Positions 56,372-64,000 of a DNA stretch of 64,000 bases are shown here, in pieces. Position 1 is the stretch's first letter; each line of letters opens with the position of its first letter. Under the pieces are notes generated by a model. That model was given only the letters and a program-made list of their open reading frames with translations. It ran no database searches and had not been told where the DNA came from. Origin of the DNA: Octopus vulgaris (taxonomy: Eukaryota). Both the position numbers and the translations under genes were made by a program. Location: positions 5,642,001 to 5,706,000 of the forward strand of contig OX597820.1 of the NCBI GenBank assembly GCA_951406725.2. Reading direction: 5' to 3'.

Positions 56372-56600
56372 TACTATTTCTTTACTACCCACAGGGGCTA
56401 GAGGGGACAAACAAGGACAGACAAACGGTTTAAGTCGATTACATCGACCCCAGTGAGTAACTGGTACTTAAGCTATCGACCCTGAAAGGATAAAAGGCAA
56501 AGTCGACCTCGGCGGAATTTGAACTCAGAACATAAAGACAGGCGAAATACGGCTACGCATTTCGCCTCGGCGTGCTAACGTGTCTGCCAGCTCGCCGCCT
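56372..56600 (-). mobile_element. SINE family N
   Basis: Similarity to other copies. Confidence 0.85.
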
Positions 56601-56604
56601 TACA

Positions 56605-56674
<70 letters not shown>

Positions 56675-57238
56675 CACGCGCATGTAAAGTATATACTAAA
56701 TTGTGAACAATAGCGTCGTTGATGATAGATGTTAGTGCACGGCTATTGCAAGCCAGTATCGCGCCGGTTAATATAACTCTTGTCACATATTCTGGAAATT
56801 ACTTAAAGATTTACTCCTTCTTTCATAATGTGCTGATAGTTAGTTCCAATAGGTTGTGGATCACGTATATTTTGGTGAGATCTGATCCTGAAGAAACATG
56901 TTTTCTGTATTAGAAATCTGTTGTTAGCGAAGTTTACGCAGCATTTGCTCCACCAACTGCAATAATCCAAAAATTTTTCTTTTAGACCGAAGTGAGTTCA
57001 CTAAGAATGTTTTGTGGGGTAATCATATCCGGAGCGGTGCAAGAGTAGGTATACAGTAAGTATCACATAAATGTTATAATACTTAATTCATTAAAATAAT
57101 TAGCACATTAAATTAGTTAGCTTCATTTTTGGTAATTTCTGTTCCATTAATCATAATAATACATTTATCATAATAATACTTTTGGAAATTACTATTTTCT
57201 AATCTCACAACGTGAGATATTCAGCAACAGTACTTTGT

Positions 57239-57578
57239 AGTAAAGATTGTTTGCCAACATGACATGGCAGTCCTGGTTTAGGACGAATGTTGCTGTAATT
57301 TAGCCCCAGGAGACATCGTCTCCAGCTGGCTATATGACACAATCTGTGTCCTTATATTTTAGAACAAGGGAATCTAGCACCCTTACTCAGCACAAAACAA
57401 TATCTGTGTATCGCGATTTCCGGGTTATTTCCCTTCATCAGCACAGAATAATTGTTCGGCTAAATTGACGCTGCCAAATTCCCGTTTGAAATATATAGTT
57501 TTCAAAATGACAACTAGTCACTAATCTATAAATTAGAAAACCAGCACTGCCATGTTATGTTGGTAGACAATTTTTACT
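57239..57578. mobile_element. ~340-bp element with 38-bp imperfect terminal inverted repeats
   Basis: AGTAAAGATTGTTTGCCAACATGACATGGCAGTCCTGG versus the reverse complement of CCAGCACTGCCATGTTATGTTGGTAGACAATTTTTACT. Confidence 0.8.
57403..57447 (-). ncRNA. Type I hammerhead ribozyme with palindromic stem III
   Basis: Minus strand: UCUGUG-CUGAUGA-A-GGG-AAAUAA-CCC-G-GAAA-UCGCGA-UA-CACAGA; 6-bp stem I. Confidence 0.75.
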
Positions 57579-58121
57579 CTTATTATAATTTTATCGCAAC
57601 TTTTAGTTTTTTTAAAATAAAAATAAAGGAATATTCTACGTGCTTTTTTTTTCTTTCATAACTGTACACCTACATTTGCACCCTCGTCCCTCTGTAGAAA
57701 ATGGTACTTCTTTATGTTTCCTATTTAGAATTATTCAACGATGCTTCTTCCCCCTTATCCAGCGGGCCTGTAATTTTTTTAGCTCCCAAACTTTCTTTTT
57801 TCTCTGCATATAGGCGACGCATGTGTGGCTGCATGGTACGAAGTTTTCTTCCCAGCTATTGCTCAAGGTTCAGTCCTTCTGTGTAAGATCTTGGGCAAGT
57901 GTCTTCAGCTATAGTCTCGGGCCAATCAAAGCCTAGTTGGCAGACGGAAACAAAAAGAAGTCCGTCGTTTAAATCATATAATGTATCTCTGATAAAAGAT
58001 AAAAAAATAATAAAAGAGACTACAAATATTCTTGACCCCTTCCGGACTACGGTCACGCTCACAATTCGAACCCTGTCTTTTTATGAACAACTTGACATTC
58101 CCTAAAATATAGTACATGCAT

Positions 58122-58293
58122 AGGCGTAGGAGTGGCTGTGTGGTAAGTAGCTTGTTTACGAACCACATGGCTCCGGGTTCAGTACAACTGCGTGGCACCT
58201 TGGTCAAGTGTCTTCTACTATAGCCTCGGGTCGACCAAAGCCTTGTGAGTGGATTTAGTGGTCGGAAACTGAAAGAATCCCGTCGTATATAAG

Positions 58294-58346
<53 letters not shown>

Positions 58347-58560
58347 TTGTGTGTCTGTGTTTGTCCCTCCCCTTAATATCGCTTGACAACCGATGCTGGT
58401 GTGTTTACGTCCCCGTAACTTAGCGGTTCGGAGAGACCGATAGAATAAGTACTAGGCTTACAAAGAATAACTCCTGGGGTCGATTTGCTCGACTAAAGGC
58501 GGTGCTCCAGCATGGCCACTGTCAAATGCCTGAAACAAGTAAAATAGTGAAGTAGTAAAA
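58122..58560 (+). mobile_element. SINE family A (full)
   Basis: A/B boxes, body and tail. Confidence 0.9.
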
Positions 58561-59425
58561 TAGTAAAATAGCATTAATATGGTCCATCTTTTTATAGATC
58601 GAATAGAAGAGTCTATTTTCAAAGGCTCAGATGTCATTACTGAGAACAGAAGTGACCTTGGTGCTGAGCCTTGTAGGACTTACGACGCTGGATGATTGGT
58701 CATTTTTGACCTGAAAGCACAGCGAGGATGAATTTCCGGTTGATGTAGCTTTTGAAACGATATGAGTAGAAAGAAATATGTTAAAGAGAAAATAAAACAA
58801 AATGAATGACAATTGCGATTATGGAGCAATGGTTGAAAGCAAAATGTTAAGAATTACGGAAAAGAGACAGAAGGAAATTCCTGTTAAATTTGACGGGTGC
58901 TTAACTATTAAGCATACATATGCACACACACACACACACAAATGGGTATGTAGGAAATCTTTTGTACCTAAAGGATTTACGATTCTGAAAGTCTGCTAAG
59001 ATATATTTAAGTGGCAACGAGGTTCACATGCTCCGAATAGGAATACAAATAAAAATAAATAAGCATATATATATATATATTTATATATATATAGGGAGAG
59101 TTTACGAAAGAAACAAAAGACGAGGACAGGTGGTGTACAAAATGAATAAAACTGGCTTTTCCACATTAGTAATTGCATGTTTATAATCTAATTAGTAAAG
59201 TGGAAAAATTGATCAGAAAAGCTTTTTCTATTCATGTTTTCAAATACGTAAATTTGTACCAAGAACTTTCTATTTCTTATTCTGTTATATATATATATGT
59301 GTGTGTGTGAGTGTGTGTCTGTGTATATGTATATAGACATATGAATATATCTATATAGATATGACTGTATCCATATGTATGTAATTAACTATATGTAATA
59401 TATATATATGGGTATATATATATAT

Positions 59426-59681
<256 letters not shown>

Positions 59682-60039
59682 TTTTTGTATGTGCGTGCGT
59701 GTATGTATATGTGTTTACGTGTGTGTGTATGTGTGTGTGTGGTATGTGGTGTGTATGTATACTTGTGTTTCACGGATGGCTGCCCTCATAATAATTCGAG
59801 TATGACTCTTCCAATTTGAGTCACCATGACGTCTTGTATTGTTACAGCGAGTTGATTTTATACAGAGCGCATTAAGGACCCCGCCCTCATCTACAATAAC
59901 ACTACAACATACCACTCCCTATATTTTGCATTAACACTTCAACACTTCGTCTTTATATCTATGAATATATATAAGTATATATATATGCACGCACACGCAC
60001 ACACATTCGTATACATGTGTATATATGAACATGTATATA

Positions 60040-60105
<66 letters not shown>

Positions 60106-60147
60106 TAGATAGATAGATATATGTGTCTGAATGCATGTATATGTATG

Positions 60148-60184
<37 letters not shown>

Positions 60185-60186
<2 letters not shown>

Positions 60187-60348
60187 GACTGGCTTCTTTC
60201 AGTTTCCGTCTATCAAATCCACTCACAAGGCTTTGGTCGGCCCGAGGCTATAGTAGAAGACACCTGCCCAAGGTGTCACGCAGTTGGACTGAACCCGGAA
60301 CCATGTGGTTGGTAAGGAATCTGCTTACCTCACAGCCACACCTGCGCC
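60185..60348 (-). mobile_element. SINE family A, 5' half
   Basis: Similarity to other copies. Confidence 0.85.
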
Positions 60349-60349
60349 T

Positions 60350-60380
<31 letters not shown>

Positions 60381-60610
60381 GAGAAGGAGAGTGAGAGAGA
60401 TTGATAAATAGATAGTTACATAAGTGAATATACATATATATATGTGAGTGTGTGTGTGGATATATTTCCTTCTTCACATTTGTATACATCTACACTACTA
60501 ACTACACCAACACAACCATCACCACCACCAGCACTAACACCACCACCACCACCACCACCACCACCACCACTCCAACAACTACTGCCACTTTGCGAGTTTT
60601 TTTACTAGAT

Positions 60611-60631
60611 ACATATTCTACTACTACTACA

Positions 60632-60668
<37 letters not shown>

Positions 60669-61137
60669 AATAGTAAGTTTGATACTGTGTCAGCTCAGAC
60701 TCAGTCTTACATTCTCGCTCGCGCACGCACACGCACGCACACACACACACTTTTACTCCTAATTACTTATCTAATTCCATTTCCCAATTCACATTTTGAT
60801 AAATTAGATTAATTTTTTTAAATAATTCTTTTAATCTATATTCAATTTTATAATATACTATTTCTGAATGATTCTGTTTCTATATTTTTCACATATATTT
60901 TTTCACATTTCTAAATAAAATTCCAAACATTTTACTTTCCCTTTTGTCAAAATTTTTACAAATATAGGCGCAGGAGTGGGTGTGTGGTAAGTAGCTTGCT
61001 TGCCAACCACATGGTTCCGGGTTCAGTCCCACTGCGTGGAACCTTGGGCAAGTGTCTTCTACTATAGCCTCGACCCGACCAAAGCCTTGTGAGTGGATTT
61101 GGTAGACGGAAACTGGAAGAAACCCGTCATATATATG

Positions 61138-61217
<80 letters not shown>

Positions 61218-62055
61218 TGTGTGTGTGTGCGTGTGTGTGTGTATGTTTGTGTGTCTGTTTGTCCCCCCCCCCAGCATCGCTTGACAACCAATGCTGGTGT
61301 GTTTACGTCCCCGTCACTTAGCGGTTCGGCAAAAGAGACCGATAGCATAAGTACTAGGCTTACAAAGAATAAGCTCTGGGATCGATTTGCTCGACTATAA
61401 AAGGCGGTGCTCCAGCATGGCCGCAGTCAAATGACTGAAACCAGTAAAAGAGTAAAGTGTAAAGAGAGTATATATATTACGAAAATTCACAGCTGGTTGA
61501 TTGTGCCGCAAAAATATTACCACACAAGAACTGGTCCACATTTAATCGACATACGTACATATTGTATGCATATCAGAGATTCGCCCGTCTCTGGTTCATA
61601 TTTATAGAAACTAAACCTGTTTCCTTCATACGAGAAGTTGTTGAAATTGAAGTGAGATATATCAGACGAGTTATAAGCCCTGTGGCGGTATACGATCTGA
61701 TCGAAATTCTATATGAGTACTCAGTGCAGTCTATCTGGTACTCAGAGTAATAATATGTTCTGAAATCCGATAATGTAATTGTATGCAAGTATATATGGGT
61801 GGATGGATGGATGGTTGTATATACAAATACCTTGCTGCGAGTTTTTTTGCACGCTATAAAGGGTAAACGAGGAAATGGAATTAGATTGGTAATTAGGAGT
61901 AAAAGTGTGTGCGTGTGTGTGTACATGTGTATGTGTGCGTGTGTGTGCGTGCGCGAGCGAGAATGTAAGACTGAGTCTGAGCTGACACAGTATCAAACTT
62001 ACTATTTAGTAGTAGTTGCAGCAGCAGAAGCAGCAGCAGCAGCAGAAGCAGCAGA

Positions 62056-62129
<74 letters not shown>

Positions 62130-62137
62130 AATATGTC
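60611..62137. repeat. Long-range inverted duplication (arms ~60611-60785 and ~61871-62137)
   Basis: TAAATAGTAAGTTTGATACTGTGTCAGCTCAGACTCAGTCTTACATTCTCGCTCGCGCACGCAC matches in reverse complement; the ORF track shows the same peptide VRERECKTESELTQYQTYYLVVV on opposite strands. Confidence 0.9.
60966..61470 (+). mobile_element. SINE family A (full)
   Basis: A/B boxes, body and tail. Confidence 0.9.
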
Positions 62138-62279
62138 TTCCTTTTGTCATGCTGGCATCATGCTTTGGCTGCTACTAGGCTCTAGAATTGTTGCCTGGAT
62201 TTCTGCCGCAGTTGTGCTGATTACCATGTCATGTAGAAGTATTTTAGTGGACAAGTATTTTTGATTAGACAATAGTCCG

Positions 62280-62950
62280 GAAATATTATCCAAGCCTATC
62301 ACATTCATTAGAGCTGAAAGCCATGATGAATGCGACCCCAAGTTCAGGTTGATATAAACTAGCCAATTCAGAAATAAAGATAGGTTGTGAAGACATATTT
62401 AGATAGATTAGCGACAGTATGAGGAAAACAACGAACGAAATTCAGTGACCTAAGAGCAGTGAAATTAGAGTTTGGTTTAACGCGATCGCTTACAACGAAA
62501 GATTTAATCAGTTTCCTATAATAGATTTTTATCTTTTGATTCCCAAACACGTATTAGCTACAGCAATACACATTACAATAAATATACTTCACTATAAAAC
62601 ATAGTAACGTTCAGGCAATTATGCACGTCGAGAGAGGTCTGCTTTTCGTTCGAAGCGGATCTTGTGATGAGAGCATTGGATCCTTTGACGGTGTGAAGGT
62701 GAGTTATCTCGAAGGATTGAATATATTGGCCTTTTGAGGTAGTTTATGTTCGTCGTTGCCTATGGTTTATACCGAGATGATGACTTTGCTATATCAAATG
62801 ATGCTACTGGCTATTATTACCTTGACAGATTAAAGAAACACTTTTTACGTGCAGTCAAATCTTCTGGATTTAAGACCAGCATAGAAAACATCATGCATGC
62901 AGTGAATTTCCTGGATGTCACCCTCCACATAACAATTATTTCAAGTTATT
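62280..62950 (+). pseudogene. Decayed Penelope-like reverse transcriptase
   Basis: ..DPKFRLI*LANSEI..; IGSFDG; YGLYRDDDFAI (catalytic YRDD); LDRLKK..GFKTSIENIMHAVNFLDVTL. Confidence 0.8.
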
Positions 62951-63392
62951 AAGAAAACATAATTGTTTAACATTTGGTTCAGAATATAAACACAATGTTC
63001 TCTAATCTATCTTCCAGAGAAAATAGAATGGGCTGTCCCTTAGTACAACGGCCCACTGGAAGCGAGTGTCTTCAAATGTCCGACACAACCAGTTGTGGCC
63101 CCACTAAAGACTAAGGATGTCGGAATATCGTCCGGTTCACTGTCTTAACTAATGCAATCTTCTTGTTCACGGTTCGATTCCGTCGCACAGAAATAGGAAC
63201 AAGTACTTATTAGCTACCATGTCTGTCAATAATTGTTGGTGAAGTCGGTTGTGTTTTAAGGCTTGAAAAAAAAAGTGGAATGTCGGGCTTCTAGCAGATA
63301 GAAAATCCAGAAAACGGTCATGGCTGGAATGCTTTCGGTCGTATGTATCCCAAATCAGTGATTTTTGGCAAAACAATGACATGTGAATTTCC

Positions 63393-63465
<73 letters not shown>

Positions 63466-64000
63466 ATTTATTCAAAGGCAGAATTGCAACACAAGTAAGT
63501 ATTCTGTCAGGACACAGAAACGGGAAGGGCAACGGCAGAGATGAATTTAACATCAGACCCGAAATCTAATACCTGCAGCACCAGTGCAGGCCCCGCTAGA
63601 CTCCTACACCATGGATTGAGTGACAGTGTTATCAAATCGATTCTTCAATTCACAGATTACGTTCACCTTCATCGACCAGTCAAAAGTGCAGTTCATTCAA
63701 GAGGTTTCCACGCAGTTTTCGTCTATCCAGTTTAGCCCACAACGACTGAGATGATCCGAGGTTATAATCGTCGATACTTGCCCCAACTACCGCACTGTGG
63801 TATCGAAAGCACAAACGTGAAGATTGCATTGAAACATTGCTGCTAAGCATACAACGAGCGACGCCTGTGCTGCCCTCAAAAGCGAAGTTCTATTTCAGAC
63901 AATGGCGTTCTATTATTGTAGCCATAATGTCATATTATACCTTCCTTCTTATTATTTGTTTCCCCTTCAAATGACAGTTTCTACATAAATCTGCCATTTA

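Noticed and set aside
60966-61040. tRNA genes
   Set aside because: A and B boxes are present but no cloverleaf is evident, and they continue into SINE bodies.

Overview
Repeat-dominated, AT-rich eukaryotic DNA. The SINE and microsatellite content looks like an octopod cephalopod (Octopus-like); this is inference, not a database result. No intact protein-coding gene is visible, and almost all ORFs in the track are microsatellite or SINE translations. The window holds: many copies of two tRNA-derived SINE families (one with a Nin/Deu-like domain, partly in tandem arrays); decayed non-LTR retrotransposons (R4/Dong in (TAA)n, an L1/Tx1-type element in (TATC)n, RTE 3' ends); several decayed Penelope-like (PLE) RT/linker fragments; two non-autonomous Helitrons; several inverted-repeat elements; and one weak candidate host exon. 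The main finding is two unrelated repeat families carrying hammerhead ribozyme motifs whose three strands occur in a non-circularly permuted order (UH strand, then GAAA strand, then CUGANGA strand), supported by compensatory base changes between copies. One family forms a young ~769-bp x3.3 tandem array resembling a retrozyme. Conventional minimal PLE-type hammerheads are also present. All structures were read by eye and none has been tested for activity.
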